From: Phoronis australis
Taxonomy: Eukaryota; Animalia; Phoronida
Direction: 5' to 3'
Length of the DNA: 64,000 nucleotides
NCBI GenBank assembly: GCA_002633005.1
Contig: NMRA01000234.1
Location: forward strand, 307,535 to 371,534
Every line of letters begins with the position of its first letter. Position 1 is the stretch's first letter. The position numbers and the translations under genes were made by a program. The notes under the pieces are model-generated. The model made no database searches. It was not told the DNA's origin and saw only the letters and a program-made list of their open reading frames with translations. Positions 1 to 13,563 of the stretch are shown piece after piece.

Positions 1-418
1 ATAAACCTAATCAGTAGTCTAGCTTCAACGAATCTGGACTTTCTCTACAAAAATAAATTTTCACTTCGATGAATTACCGTTATAAAAACTAATATCAGCT
101 TGTTCCTTGTAAAGACTCGAAGTGGCTTCTAAGCTTAGAAATAAACATCAATATGTAAGTAATTGCTTTAGGCCATGCTGATAACATAAAATGGCCTGCC
201 AGGCCACAATAAATGTTTTTACTTGGTCTTGTAAAATAACAAGCAGTCAGATCTTCCTAAGTTCAGAAATCCTTTCTAATGAGAACAAGCAGAACTGGAC
301 ACAAGTTTTATTAAAATAAAGGGCAGAAATCAAAAGTGACTGTTCGTCACTAGACACAATATAGTTAATGGTGTCCATGGGCAGTGCAAGGGTAGATATA
401 GGCAGCTCTCACACTTAC

Positions 419-3400
419 TTTTCAGCCATTTCTATTAACCTGGCTTGTCTCTCTTTGATTTTTCTGTCCAGCTAACACAGGTTAAAGATTATAAATTCAA
501 TATGCAAGATAAAGGTAATGAATTACATGTTGATAAGCAGAGCGTCATTCGTTGTCAAAGCCAAAGTCAAATAATGCACATTGTGAGCTGACATTATTTC
601 TGGAACTCGAGTTTCAACCACCTGCTCATTGTTGATACCACGTATGACAACAGATTGACAATTTTCATCCATGACAATCTCAAACCTCCAAATAAAGATC
701 TTTTTGCAATTAGAGAATTGTGGGATATACATGTCAATCGCCATCTTTTGACTGGAAATGTAAACGTACACACTGTGGTTTCATTAGCAGGTTTTATTCT
801 GCTTGGCTGACCAGTATCCAGCAATCCATAGCAGATATCCCACAAATCTCTAACCATAAATTGGCAACAAGTTTAACTGTGTGGGTTGTAAATAAAATTG
901 AATTCACAACAATTCAATTAATAGCACGCTGAAGGATACAGCATCCTGTCTAGCTTTAGCCAGCGCAATGTTTTCAGCCATCTTTCTCTGGATTGTAAGA
1001 CTCTGCAAGCAAAACAAAATGATCATACAAAGAAAGCCATCAGTTACGAAAACATCTGACTATTAAAACCATGAAATTTCCAACATCACGATCTGATTCA
1101 CGTTTCATAAAAATTGAGAAACAAGCCTACTGTGTTGTACAATGCTGCGGTAACAAGTGGATCAGAGCTTACCATCACACAAAGAAATCAGTAGTTGAAA
1201 TTTAAGTCTAATTTCTCTGAAAGTCAACATTTTTTCTCCATTCGAAGTTTTTGCATGACAGTTTTTCATAAAAGACGCATCTTCACAACATTTGTTGAAC
1301 GTTGTTTGAAAATAGAATTTTCTGATAATCGGTTAGTGTCAGGCGTGCTGTTTACAACATAATAGCGGGATCACGTGAATCAGAAAGCAGACAATGAGAG
1401 AGCTAGACTATGTTAACATTGCTTTGCCAAATTTCTCCTCTTGGTGTCACTATCAAACTGATATTAACAACACCACTGTAACCCAAGTTCCCGATCAGCA
1501 AAATCGGGAAAAACTAGCCCCACAGTGCGGGAGTAAAACAACAAGAGCAACGCAAGAGCGTTGAAATGCGCCCACAATTGCACCGTATATGGTATCCTTC
1601 TAGAGTTGTTTATTGGTACCATAAAGTGACCAGTAGAGGGCATATATGTAGTATGTTGTACTTTGCAAAATGGAAAGGCATGGTCATTGTCTCCTCAATA
1701 AGCTAGGGACAAAATGTGAGTGATCTTCATAAGCACATCCTATATATCAGTTGCATAAAGCAACCACAGAAACATAGAATTAAAAACAAATTTACCAACA
1801 TACAAGATTAGCACAGCATTAGAATGCCAGAAACAAATTTTTACTTGGAACTTTTCCTTCATAGTCACAAAGTAACACAAAGTATACACCTGAAGACCTA
1901 TGAAAATACAGAGGTCAATGTAAAATACTAAAATTGCCACTAGAGGCATACAGGTAGTCAGAATCATCCTTAAGTCGTCATCGTTCGTTGTCAACATCAC
2001 ATAAATACACTTGCTAAATTTAGTAAAAATCCTGCAAACGGTTTGGGAGATACAGCCATGGGCACAAAAAAAAACTGCCACTAGGAGGCGCCACAGTAAT
2101 CAAAGCCATGGGAAATTCAGCGTCAACCGTCCTCTTCATAGTAAGAACATACATGCCAATTTTCACAATCATTCTTATAGCGGTTTAGTTGATAGAGGGG
2201 TGGACAACAAAAAACAGACTCAAAAACAGTAAAAATGGCCACTGGGTGTCGCAAATTAGGTCGAATCCATCCGAAAACGGGAGGATAGCGTCATCGCACT
2301 AATAGGTGCCTACATACCAAATTTCATGAAAATCCGTTAAGGTCTTGTGAAGATACAGAGGTAAACGTAAAAAAAAAATTGCCACTAGGGGGCACACTGC
2401 TACGCGGATCCGTCCAAGTCATCTTCCGTTGTTAACATCATATAAATGCACTTACACAATTTCGTAAAGATCCTGCGAACGGTTTAGGAGATACAGCCAT
2501 AGGCGCAAAAAAAACAAAACTGTCACTAGGAGGCGCCACAGTAGTCGAAATCGTCAGAATATCATCGTCAACCGTCCTCTACATAGTAAGCATATACATG
2601 CCAATTTTCACAATCATCCTTTGAGCGGTTTGGTTGATAGAGGGGTGGACGCACAAAAACAGACTCGAAAACACTAAAAATGGCCACTAGGTGGCGCAAA
2701 GTATGTCGAATCCATCTGAAAACGAGAGGATAGCGTCATCTCACTAATAGGTGCCTATATACCAAATTTCATGAAAATCCGTTCAGGACTTTTGAAGATA
2801 CAAAGGTAAGCGTAAAAAACTTAAATTGCCACTAGGGGGCACACCGGTACTCGGATCCGTCTGAAAGTTCGCACATGTCATCCCATTCATGAATGGAACA
2901 TATGTGCCAAATTTCATGAACGTATGTCATAGGGTTTTGGAGGTAAAGCAGCGGACGCCGGACGGACGCCGGACGGACGACGCCCGGACGGACGGACAGA
3001 GATGACGGCATAATGCTTCCACATATAAATATGTGGGCGCATTAAAATGTAGCTACAAAAATTAATCCAATAAAGCGTTCTGTTGCTCATATAAAGGATT
3101 TTGAGTGGCCTAGGGAGCCCAGCTCCCCCTCCCAAACACAATGTCACCTGTATACTGTTTTTAGAGTTAGGAAAAGAATTTAAAGTCCAACTATCTAAAG
3201 CATTCAACAGTGTCACATCGCAACATCAACTTGAAGATGATGGTAGCTACAATACACAACACTGAAGCATTAAGTTGGACTACATATCTTTCATTGAAAT
3301 ATGAAAAGATAAATTTCACTTTAGTGTCCTAAATTGGTGAGTTTTTAATGCAAGATCTTTTTAACAGTTACCAATGTGGGATCATATCCCCTCCCTTGTT

Positions 3401-6400
3401 TTCGACTAATTCTTGACCTGTATGCCTCCATCAATAACTGATTTTGTTTATAGGCAATCTCCATGGGGCTCAGTTGACTTGGCCCTCCGCTACCACCCTT
3501 AACCTTGTGGGATAGTGGTGGTAGCCCACCAGTAGGCGTTGGAACACTATTGCTTCGCTTGGGTTGACCTTGTGACTTCGCCGCTGTCTGGCCACCAACT
3601 GGCAAACTCGAGCTCCCAGCAGGCATCTTTCTAAAGTTTTCATTATTGCCTACACCAGACGTTTCTTTGACTTGAGACTGGGGCAGATTTGCCAAAGATT
3701 TTGCTGGAATTTAATATAAGAACAAAAATTCTTTGGTAGTCCTTTGGAATATGTTAACAACATCAATGAATAGGCACTGCACTGTGTGGTGGAAATGACG
3801 TTCAACATCAGTTTTAGCCAAGGTCTTGTATTGTTTTGGAAGGCTGCAGAAATTCGGGTAAGGGCAAGCAAGGTTTGAAATGCCATCATTTGCCAAACGT
3901 TGAGTAAAAAAAAATCCTGCATCATCTTTGTGAGTGAGTGTTGTGTAGGTAGTAATGCGGTGGTTTGGTTTAACACATATAATGCTTGCTGAAGAGAATA
4001 AGGAAATATTAGTAAATAGGTCTATACATTAAGGAATCCTTTGCCACACTGACTGGAGAGTCTAAATGAGTCATCTCTGAGACTCATCGCTTCAATGTTT
4101 GTCATCGGTACACCTTCTAATGGTGCACACCAGTAAGCAACTAAAAAACGTGCCACACAACTGGCTTGATTCTGCAGACCACAACCAACAAACAATTGTG
4201 TGACCCCACGAATTGTGAACATTTGGTACTACGTGTATACAGGTGACCGATGAAAAATATGGTGCTAAAATTCATCATGGCTATAAAAGTTTCCGAGACA
4301 CTTCTAAAGATCTAATATTACTCTCATCCAGCTGGAATAAGTAATTTGCTGCAATTAGTGCATGTAAGTCAAGTCTTCAATTTTAGGACAGTTAAACTTT
4401 ACTATTGTCTGAAATTGAATGGCTTTATGGTCACTAGGTTATGCAAGTCAAATACCAACATGACATCTCTCTACATTCTTACAAAGGTCAAGTATAACTT
4501 TGAAGTTTAATAATACTTATACAGTGCAGACCATGTCTTAATAGTGAAGTAAAATGAGACACATGGCTGGCAACACATTCTAACATTGAGCCACTTCATA
4601 TCAATTCCACATGATATTGCATTTGAAACTAAATATTATCGTGGCAAGGCATTTTGTACAAATGAACTTGTTTATTTCATGACTTTCACACTCAGACCAC
4701 TAACATACCAAGATTATCTGAAAGTGTCGCCACTCTCTCCATACACTGTAGACCAATTTGGACAAACTTCTTACGACTTGTCGCACTGGACTGATTCAAG
4801 TCTGTGAAGCAACAAGATTTATACAAAGATTAGAAACATATATGACACAGACTTATAAACCCTTCAATTTGTAAAAGAATGCTTTCAACATGTATCAATC
4901 TGAAAGAAGAGTGCTCAACACAAAATGTTGACATGCAGTCACAGCAGTACTGCAAACAGTGTGCTTCTAGGTGTGAAAATCAGTCTCATGGACATGACTG
5001 TTATTATGGTCACTTCAGTAAGGACTAGTACAGGGGCAACCAAACTGTACACCTCTCTGTCAAGGTCCATCAATAATGGGGCATAAAGAAAGATAGATTC
5101 ATCTGAAAGTCAAGGTAAGCCGTATTCTCAGTCACAGGATACACCAACCAAATATCGTGATGATCCTTTAAAAAGATTGGCAGACATGGAAGTAGGAAAA
5201 AATAAGACTGACACTAGGGTGCATAGCAATTGTCAGATTCGTCAGAAAACCAAAAACTTTGTATGATCAATGTCTAATTACACTAAAATCATTCACCGAA
5301 CTTGGTTGATACAGACACAGGTGCAAAAAAGTAAACTGCCCCTAGGTGACCTAGCAGTATGTGGACTTTCAGAAAATCAATAACTGTTGTAGCCTCACCA
5401 TCCTGTCAAAATTTTATGGCAGATAGAGCAGAATCGGAATCCAAAAAGACAAAGCAAGATGCTAGAACTTCTCCTAAGCGGAGCACAACATAACAGAACT
5501 ATCCAAAAATAGCAAAGTAACATTGTCCCTCCTTCACAAAAATATCTACCAAGTATTGTACTCATCTGTCGAGAGGCTTGGTCGAAAATACAGGAAACTG
5601 GCCTCTAGAAGCATAGTTTGTAGTAGTCTGATCCCTTCAAATGTGAGTCAACCACATCCTGCGCTTAATAGAAATGAATCTACCGAATTTCGTGAGAAAC
5701 ATTCAAGCAGTAGATTATGGGGATGAACACCAGACACTCAGACAGGGATAACACCAATAAGCATTCATGTGAGGACAGACAAGTGCTACCTGGGACAGAA
5801 ATCATTAAATTTCATTCAAGATTTTACTCTAAAATTGGACAGTCACACTGTTTCTATGTTCAGAAAAATTCATTTTAACCTAGTAAAAGCATTTAGTTTT
5901 GTAGATATTCGGCAAGATACGGACTCGTCAATAAGTTCCTACACAACCTTTATAACTAACATGATAAGTATTCATGTTACCTTTGCCATCTTCCAATAAA
6001 CATTGTATTATGTACTGCATGCTCTTCAGGTACTCAATGTAGGCCTCCTGCAACAAATAAAATACAAGGCACACTTATAAAGTAGATTTTTGAAAATGGT
6101 TAAATTCTTCAAAGCTAAAGCAGTTTTACAGGGAAAGAAATTGTTCCCCTTCCATGAACAGGAATCGTGGGAGGGGTGCAGCTTGAAAATTAGGGACACC
6201 TACCCACTTACAGATGATACAAAAAAGGTACCAATTTGTAACCAGCTTCCATGACAAAGGCATCTTTCCCTAGAATTTTGTTAGTCGAGAAACACCACCA
6301 GTTTGGAGGGATTCTTGGACAATTCAGTGTCCTTCTATCCACTATCACCCATTCAAGCCATAGACCCTCCATGTTCCGGAACCTTTTCCGTGAATTACGT

Positions 6401-7017
6401 AAGTCTCACACTGACTTAACTATCGATATCATGTTGCAATAAGTACCTTTTGTCCATACAGAGACACTGGCCATGTCCTCTGGCACAACAGTGTAAAAAT
6501 GTACACTTGCCAATTTGGGAAACTACGAAGGACTGTTCGATAAAAAAGTTCGATTGTGGTTGTATTTGTTCAAGCTTGGAAGAGTTAAAGATAACGACAT
6601 TTTAAGCTGTTCCTCTATGTGCAAAAATTCCAGCATAACATTGATGGTTTAATCAGTGTGAGGCATAATTCGTGCCGAAAAGCTCCCAGCGCATGGAGGG
6701 CCTATTAGGATATGGGACGACTACAGTTTCTACTGCGGACACTTGAGAAAGTGGTACTGTCTAGCATCACTCCCCTTAACCTATAAGGTGTATATAGAGG
6801 TATGTTCTAACAGATGGAAATAAGCTCCCGTGGGCATGGCATATATGGGTGATATCAGAGACCATTTGAAACAGTATCAGATCAGACTAGCACTAGTCTC
6901 AATATTGTCGGATGAAGCGAATGTTTGTACTCGTGTTTTGTCTTTTCCATCCAGTCCAGTAGCTTCTGAGACACCTCGGAATGCACCGTGTATGCAAGTG
7001 TCCAAGCTGAAGCTCAT
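419..7017 (-). CDS. VPS9D1: VPS9 domain-containing protein 1, 5' part (6 coding exons; continues beyond window start)
   Basis: Exons complement(7017-6931, 6047-5981, 4801-4709, 3703-3372, 1002-940, 471-419), all GT-AG with matching phases. Translation MSFSLDTCIHGAFRGVSEATGLDGKDKTR/EAYIEYLKSMQYIIQCLLEDGK/DLNQSS..QCMERV../..LSPMEIAYKQNQLLMEAYRSRISR../SLTIQRKMAENIALAKARQDA/LDRKIKERQARLIEMAE matches recalled human VPS9D1 ([80 protein letters not shown]). Confidence 0.9.
1540..3047 (-). mobile_element. Non-autonomous Helentron (HINE/pearl-like) with ~148-bp core repeats, in VPS9D1 intron 4
   Basis: Subterminal IR AATGCGCCCACA (1565-1576) / TGTGGGCGCATT (3032-3043). Hairpins CCACATAT/ATATGTGG (3019-3036) and CAACGC/GCGTTG (1548-1563). 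(GGAC)n microsatellite at ~2952-2998, internal ~445-bp higher-order repeat, T-rich ends on the minus strand. Confidence 0.8.
5205..5480 (-). repeat. Decayed fragment of the same Helentron core repeat, in VPS9D1 intron 2
   Basis: GACACTAGGGTGCA and GCCCCTAGGTGACC motifs ~130 bp apart, in the GATACAG..AAAAA context shared with 1540-3047. Confidence 0.5.
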
Positions 7018-7059
7018 GGTGCAAGACACGCTCAACTAACAAGATCATAAACTAAAAAA

Positions 7060-7140
7060 CATGTCAGGCACTTTTCTCCATCTTCCATCTTCGGGAGGAG
7101 GCGGAAGTTTACGTGATAAAGCGCCATCTAGCGTTCTTGA
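7060..7140 (-). promoter_or_regulatory. VPS9D1 promoter / 5' leader
   Basis: ETS-like GCGGAAGT (7101-7108), AAGATGG motifs on the minus strand and a CTCF-like GCGCCATCTAGCG (7121-7133), 70-115 bp upstream of the ATG at 7017. Confidence 0.5.
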
Positions 7141-7270
7141 AAAAAAAATGCTGCGTTCAAAATTGATCGACTGGCACACGGCGTTTTGATATCTTAATTA
7201 GTTCAAATATTTCAGAAATTGTCCACTTAAGGTTTAGTTTTGGACTAGATGTATTCAAGAGACCTCTGAC

Positions 7271-7321
7271 CATAGACATCTTAATAGGCCTATTATAGAC
7301 CGGGCGCACTTGATGTCTAAG
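7271..7321. mobile_element. 51-bp micro-MITE with 8-bp TSD (hAT-like)
   Basis: Terminal IR CATAGACATC...GATGTCTAAG flanked by exact direct repeat CCTCTGAC at 7263-7270 and 7322-7329. Confidence 0.7.
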
Positions 7322-9696
7322 CCTCTGACCACCCGCCGACGGTCTGCCGCGGCCTCTGGCAGGGACTGAGAATTCATCTTTCTTTCGTTTTCATTTATTT
7401 AGGCCACCAAAAGATCAGTGAGTGTTTGGAAACGTAAATGTTTTAAATTTATTTGGCGAAACAAGCCAGACAAAATAAGTAGGCCTAGAGTTAACCTAAT
7501 TCCAGAGTAAAATGATTCACATTCCCTCTTCTGAATTTGCTTGGTTTTTAAAAATGATAAAACGTTGTAGCCTTTGAAAAAGTGTTCTAATGCAAAACCT
7601 CTTATTGAGGGAAAGTAACTACTTACACTTCGGTTTTACCTTTTACAATGCTCAGACTCACTGGGCAATCGTTTTGGAAACAAGTTTTCTCAATTGTAAC
7701 AGAACTGTGCTTATACAATTCGGAACCTTTATGGTCAATCCACATATTTTGATTGAAAAATAACTGCTTTTTAGCGTAGCTGGTGCAATAGAGGCATTGT
7801 TTATATCTATGTTTTTTCGATGGTATAGTCATTTAATATCTTATTAAAATTTTTGTGCCAAGTATGGCTTCTCTCCACAATTAACCTTTTTTGGGCTTCG
7901 AAACGCAATTCGGCAAGTAATTCGTAGATGTACGAATTCTGAGTTTAATGTTTGTCTTCCACGTTGTTCTAGTGTAGACTCAATTTTAATTTCGAGACAA
8001 AAAATCAACAAGATTATCTACACCGTCACGCTTAGTTGAAAACAGATATAAAAAACAATGACGACATCTCGTGAGTGTTGAAGAAAATTGAATATTGCGT
8101 CTGTTGATTTTACGTATGACACTACTTAAGTGGCTTATTCTTGAACTCATAGAATATTGGGTACGACTTGTTTTCAGTTTAAAATTGGTATTTCAGACAC
8201 AGAACTCGGTAATTTTTGCCATGCTGAGTCTTAGGACACGGTACATTTGATTTAGTCTCATGAACTTGTTTACAAACTTTGGAAGTCTGTCGATAGTTGG
8301 CAACACATGTAACTTATGAACGGATATGATAATAAGTTTTCTTCTTCAATACAGACATTTTCGAATGAGTCACTGGCTACAAAGTAACACGTAGTCATGC
8401 AGTTTACAATATATGTTTATTTTTTACTTTAAAACATTTTAGTATCAGTTAACATTTGTTAGATTTATAATTGTCTTATACATTAGTTAGTTTAAATTAG
8501 ATTTACATAGTCAACTTTTTATGCTGTGCTGTTTCATGTTTTAAAAATGTGTCCGCAATTAAGTTTATCATATCATGTCGTACCAGCGTTTTTACCAACC
8601 CAGCAGTCGCCTGGGTACACATTGAAACACAGCACGTATGTCGTTGACTTGAAGTTCTGGGTTCAAGAGAAGGTGATTTCAAATTCCGATATGTTTGTCG
8701 TCATATTCTTCAAACCAGGATTGATTTCCAAAAAAACATTCAGGTCAAAGGTGCTCCATTGGATGACAATCATTAGCATGTTTTTCATCAAAAAGAGTAT
8801 CGGGACAGCTATTTCTTTGCCAAAAAAAGAAACTCTGCATTGGTGATATTAACCCATCGTCGTTCTGTCACCTGGTAATGTACCAGTGTAGTCTCACTTG
8901 AGTGCTGAAAGCAGGATTCAATATTAAAATCACATAGTGATACTCGACGACGGGTAACGGGGTCTGCTCACGCCCACGCTACCGGCTTGACCAGCCGTTG
9001 GATGATTGCGGTTGAAACTAAACTCGCCTGTTTAGCGAACTCATTTCAAAATCAAACGAACAATAAGTAAGGCAAAATACCAACCGGACTGTTTTTAAAT
9101 GTGAAAGGTAAATATTAGCTGTCTTCGAATTTTTAAAATGGATACATTTTCAGAAAATTTTGCGAATAGTGTTTCTTCAGCAGCGCAGCTAAGCGACGTG
9201 CTTTTATTTGTCTGGCGGAGTTGGTGTAACAAAACCCCAAATGTTAGCGTTGGTAGGAGTTGCTTCATGGGCAACCCATGTTTTTACCAAAAATGCAAGT
9301 GTTCATTTTTGTGAACATTTATGGTATTGTAGTATAGTTTTGCAGTTAACACAGGCATGAACTGTATGTATTTAGTGACAGACATTTATGGTTTTTGTAT
9401 TGACAATGGCATGTATTTACTGACAGTTAATTGTGTAAAGTTTTTCGTATTGACAGTATACATTTATTACTGACAGACACTTACATGTATGCGTATTGGT
9501 ATTGACAGGGATCTTTAGCTAGTACGTATTTTTTCATTGACACTCAAATAGAGGCAGTTTTGTAGATCTTTTTATTGTTGTTGTAGGAATACATTATATA
9601 TGTTCTTGGTACTCATAGCTCAATGAAAATTGGTTAATAAAAGTTTTAGTTCACGAGTTAAGATTTCTTTGCTTTCTGAGCCACCGGTTTTAACAC

Positions 9697-10040
9697 AGTT
9701 GTGCTCAAATAAGCCCACCCAAAAATACGCCAATGGGTGTATTCAGTTTTCGGTAACTGTGCATGTTTTGAAAATCTGATGGATTGTTCTGAAATACGCA
9801 TATATAAAATATTTTAATGTAAAAGTATTTTTGACAAGACATAATATTTTGGGATCGCAATTTCACTGAATGCCACACTATCATTTGACTAGTAGATATG
9901 TACAGTTTTAATGACAAAATGTGCCCCCCCCCTTTTCCGAAAATACGCCCGAGTGTATATTTGGTTTCATGTGACTTGTTTGAAAGGTCGTTTCTAAATA
10001 TCCCGGCGCCTATGGGCCTATTTTCGAGAATTTCCAATAG
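9697..10040. mobile_element. Decayed MITE related to 43534-44217
   Basis: Shares ATAAGCCCACC..ACGCC(C/A)ATGGG and CCCCTTTTCCGAA..ACGCCC..GGGC(C/T)TAT blocks with the 43.5-44.2 kb element. Confidence 0.45.
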
Positions 10041-10989
10041 CCTTGTTCCCAGAAGTTGACATACCCCTTGATCCTGCTCTGTTGTTGACAGACGATTGGC
10101 TTTGTTGTTCATCATGACGACACCAGTGCTAACAAAGCCTTCATGTTTACTTCAGTGAATTTTGGCTTGTCTAAATTGCCTGAGCAGATATTCCTCATGA
10201 CCCCCGTCAGACAAGGTGGACAACAAGAAGTGCATAATTGTTCATTGCATATTGTGTGACCTGAAGCTTTTTTGAACTTGAAACAGTAAGGTTGATTAAT
10301 GTTTATTTATTAATGACAACATACTCCATGATGCACAGCAAAACCGCTGCGGCTGTGACAAAATACAAAAAACATATATTGTGAAAATCATGGGCACGAA
10401 ACCGCAAGGCAAACGTGTGAAAACGTAACGCGCCGTTTGAGTGGAGTGTCGACAAAAGCAATTATCAATAGAAGTGCGGGGACAACCAATAAAAATAGAA
10501 AAAAGGGGGCGTAGTAAACACGTAAAAGGAGAGCGTGGATTTTTTTCAACAAGAAAAAAGAGGGCCGGTGGAGACAATGTACATGCAAAAACACACTTAT
10601 TTTGGTCTTGTTCGGGTTTTAATTATAGGACTGATGTTGTACCATGACAAGCAATATTATTTCATGAGAGCAAAAGGCCTAATTCGTTTTTCGGTTTTTA
10701 GGCAGCTGAACAGGGGAAATGCAACTCTTAAACGGAAGTAGTCGAGATAGTGACACACAATAATTGACCAGTCACTATTACCGTGAAAAAGGCAAGAGGA
10801 ATGATATTTCTTAGTAGGCCTAAGCGTAAATGCGTCTGGGAACTAGAAAGTGTTTCGGGCAGAAAAACACGTTTTATAGCCTTGTTCTGCGCGTTATGTT
10901 GACTTACGCGATGTAGGGATGACGTAAGCAACATTCGTGGTGTCTGTCACAGGGTCGCACGGCAAAAGTTAGGATATTGTTGGTGTCGG

Positions 10990-11097
10990 CTTCAGGCACG
11001 GAAGTCAACATCCGGCGATAGCAGAAGCCAAAGTGTTTGCTTTTGAGCAGTGGACTGTGACGTCAGACAAGAAAACAATTCCAAGATGGCGGGTAGG
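10990..11097 (+). promoter_or_regulatory. ANKS6: Probable ANKS6 core promoter and non-coding first exon
   Basis: CGGAAGT (ETS), TGACGTCA (CRE, 11058-11065) and CAAGATGGCGG (YY1, 11082-11092), followed by GT donors at 11093 and 11098. The next acceptor is ttttcag at 13531. Confidence 0.55.
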
Positions 11098-11317
11098 GTA
11101 TTTGTCTGTGATTGTTTTTTTCTGGTAGTTTGTGAAGATTGAGTTGGTTGTTAGTTACCACTTTGTCTTAAGGAACAATGAAAGGGTTTTTAAAGTGACA
11201 TGTTTCATTTTAGATTCATTTTGGCCTTGATATAGTATTTGCATGAGTTTTGTTAAGTCAAATCCGACGGTGCCGACGGGGAACGGTGTGGGACAGGGAG
11301 ACCCAGAGTCCGAGGTC

Positions 11318-11409
11318 TAGCGGTCCCTGATTTAGAGAATCAGGCAATCATTGAATAACGGACGTGCTACTTAGTGGATGAAACTAATTCTCTAAATCAG
11401 GGACCGCTA
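11318..11409. mobile_element. Short palindromic MITE
   Basis: Perfect 23-bp IR TAGCGGTCCCTGATTTAGAGAAT / ATTCTCTAAATCAGGGACCGCTA with a 46-bp spacer. Confidence 0.65.
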
Positions 11410-12749
11410 TATCCGTTCTGTGCCCACTCAGAGCACAGGCACTGTGTTCAGAGACAGTAGTTTAACATTGACACGCATGGGCCATCTCGGCACTGCCGGG
11501 TCCCCGAGTTTGAGAACCAGGAAATCACTGAACATAGTTCTCTAAACCACAAGCTTCTGTAGCTTCTTCTGATGGTCAGTGTAGTTGGGGATGATCAGAA
11601 CATAACGTTTTTTGGTTGTGATAGACCGGCCCGAAACTCCTCCCCTTATTTTCGGTCGGTCGAAATTCCTTTATTTGTCCAGTAACATGCGATTTCATGC
11701 TTATACGCATTAGCAGGTTGCATTAATGAAGCAACACATCTGTTTTCACTTTTTCGCTCTTCTGATGGATTTAAACCTATAGAAAATTTGAAATCTTCAT
11801 AAAATTTTGACCTCTGTAGGTGCTCTCTTGGTAAATATTGGTGAAGTTTTAGCTGAGGTCGCTTCAGTCTGATCAGCCGAGTTTGAAGTAACTTTTAGTA
11901 TTACTACACGGTAAAGCGGTTTCCTAAATGCTTTGAATTTCATATCCGTTAAGACTTTAATTTACGCTTATAATAAAAGTACAAAACACAGAAAATAGCG
12001 TGGAATATTAGTAAACTTGAGTTAGAATTCCTGAGAAAGAAAGTAACAAATTTCATGATTTTATGAATCGGCAACAGTCTAATTTGCGCAGTGCCACAAT
12101 ATTCTAAGTAATCCATTCTTGTGGGTGTCATGAGCACATGTGTGAACTGTAAACGTTTTGTTGTTTTTTGCTGTTTCAAAATGAGAGCAACGGGTGACCG
12201 TGTTCAAGCACATACATTTTTGCCGTAAGGCGAAAATCTCATTTCAAGAGTTAATGATTTTTGTCGGAAGTCATGGTCAAAATCCGGAAGGAAGTTGGAC
12301 GAAAAATGACACTAAAATTGTTGAAAATTTACCGAAAGTTTTTGTTTCAAATTTCCATCTATTTTCCACGAGAATTATGATCGTGAACTTTTTAAGACCA
12401 CCACATTACGGCTAATGCGGAACGGCGGTTGGACCGCGACATAGGCTAAGAGTGTGGCATGTTGACTGACTCGTAAACAAAAGCAAACGACGACCAAACT
12501 TATCACAACGTAGATAGAACAATGACTGACTCAGCAGCTCTCACAGTCAGTCTATATGAAAAGAAATTGGCGCGAAATTCTCGCCTCCCAATACGTCACT
12601 TCCGGAGTAGAGGACGAGTTATTGTTTAATTACAAAAAGCTGTAATTAACTGAAAAATATGTCTGGGATAGTCAACGAACCTTATTTTTGCTAAAAATGA
12701 CATGAAAAAAGGTTGCCTTCGCCTTTAATGCTGTGTGAGAACACCTGGA

Positions 12750-12810
12750 ATTTTGAGGACAATCTCGCTTCAGATGGCCATAGTCTTTGCATTGAAAATA
12801 CTGTTGTCTA
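12750..12810 (-). mobile_element. Retroelement gag zinc-knuckle remnant
   Basis: QQYFQCKDYGHLKRDCP is a CX2CX4HX4C knuckle with the first Cys mutated to Tyr; no surrounding long ORF. Confidence 0.45.
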
Positions 12811-13563
12811 GATTGTGAGCGGCCAGATGGGCTAAGTTTATTATCAGCACTATTAAACCGTGACTTATTGAAATGGTGGTAGTACAATGGTTAAAGAAGA
12901 AAGGAACTGATTTTGGATGTTAACTTGTATCTATAGTAACAACACAGATCCTTGGATATCTTGGAGAGACATTTTCCACGTTTCCATTACTATTTCCGTG
13001 GCATGAATTTGATATCTATACAACACTAGCAAGTGACAACAGTGGCCAAACAAAAGACCCACACGGTGGCTCTGAATTTCTTTCCACTCAGACTTTGTTC
13101 AATTGCAAGCTGGACATTTGTGTGACTTTCTCATAATGTATTTGCATGCTAATATATAGCGGGAACTAAACAACAACTTTGTTTAAACACAGTCTACGCT
13201 AAACAAAGTGCTGTTATATTTACTGACAACTTGTAAATACGAGCTCCACATCATGATACTTATTGGACACGGTTAAGTTATTTGCGGTGGATCATTTTTG
13301 CCACAAAACTCGGTTTTAAAAACATTTGACAATTTTCAACTTATTTCATATTCTTATTGCCGTTATGTTTTGCTTTTCTAACTAATTTGGCCAAACAATC
13401 ACAGAGATAAGAAAGTAGTGTGCAAGTCAGTTTTTGGAGTGGGTTATGACAGAGTAGAATCTTGTACAGCTGGCCATATGTTGTTATCTCATTTTTTGGT
13501 AAAGCATGATGAATCCATTTTTTATTTTCAGGGTAAAGTATATAAGAATGCGCATATTCATAT

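Noticed and set aside
95-128. Possible terminal VPS9D1 exon (KSHFESLQGTS*)
   Set aside because: No similarity to the expected continuation, and VPS9D1 still needs its VPS9 domain; the gene most likely continues outside the window.
8526-8870. 106-aa ORF and long minus-strand frames with TGA interruptions
   Set aside because: No recognisable motif or consistent splice sites in any frame.
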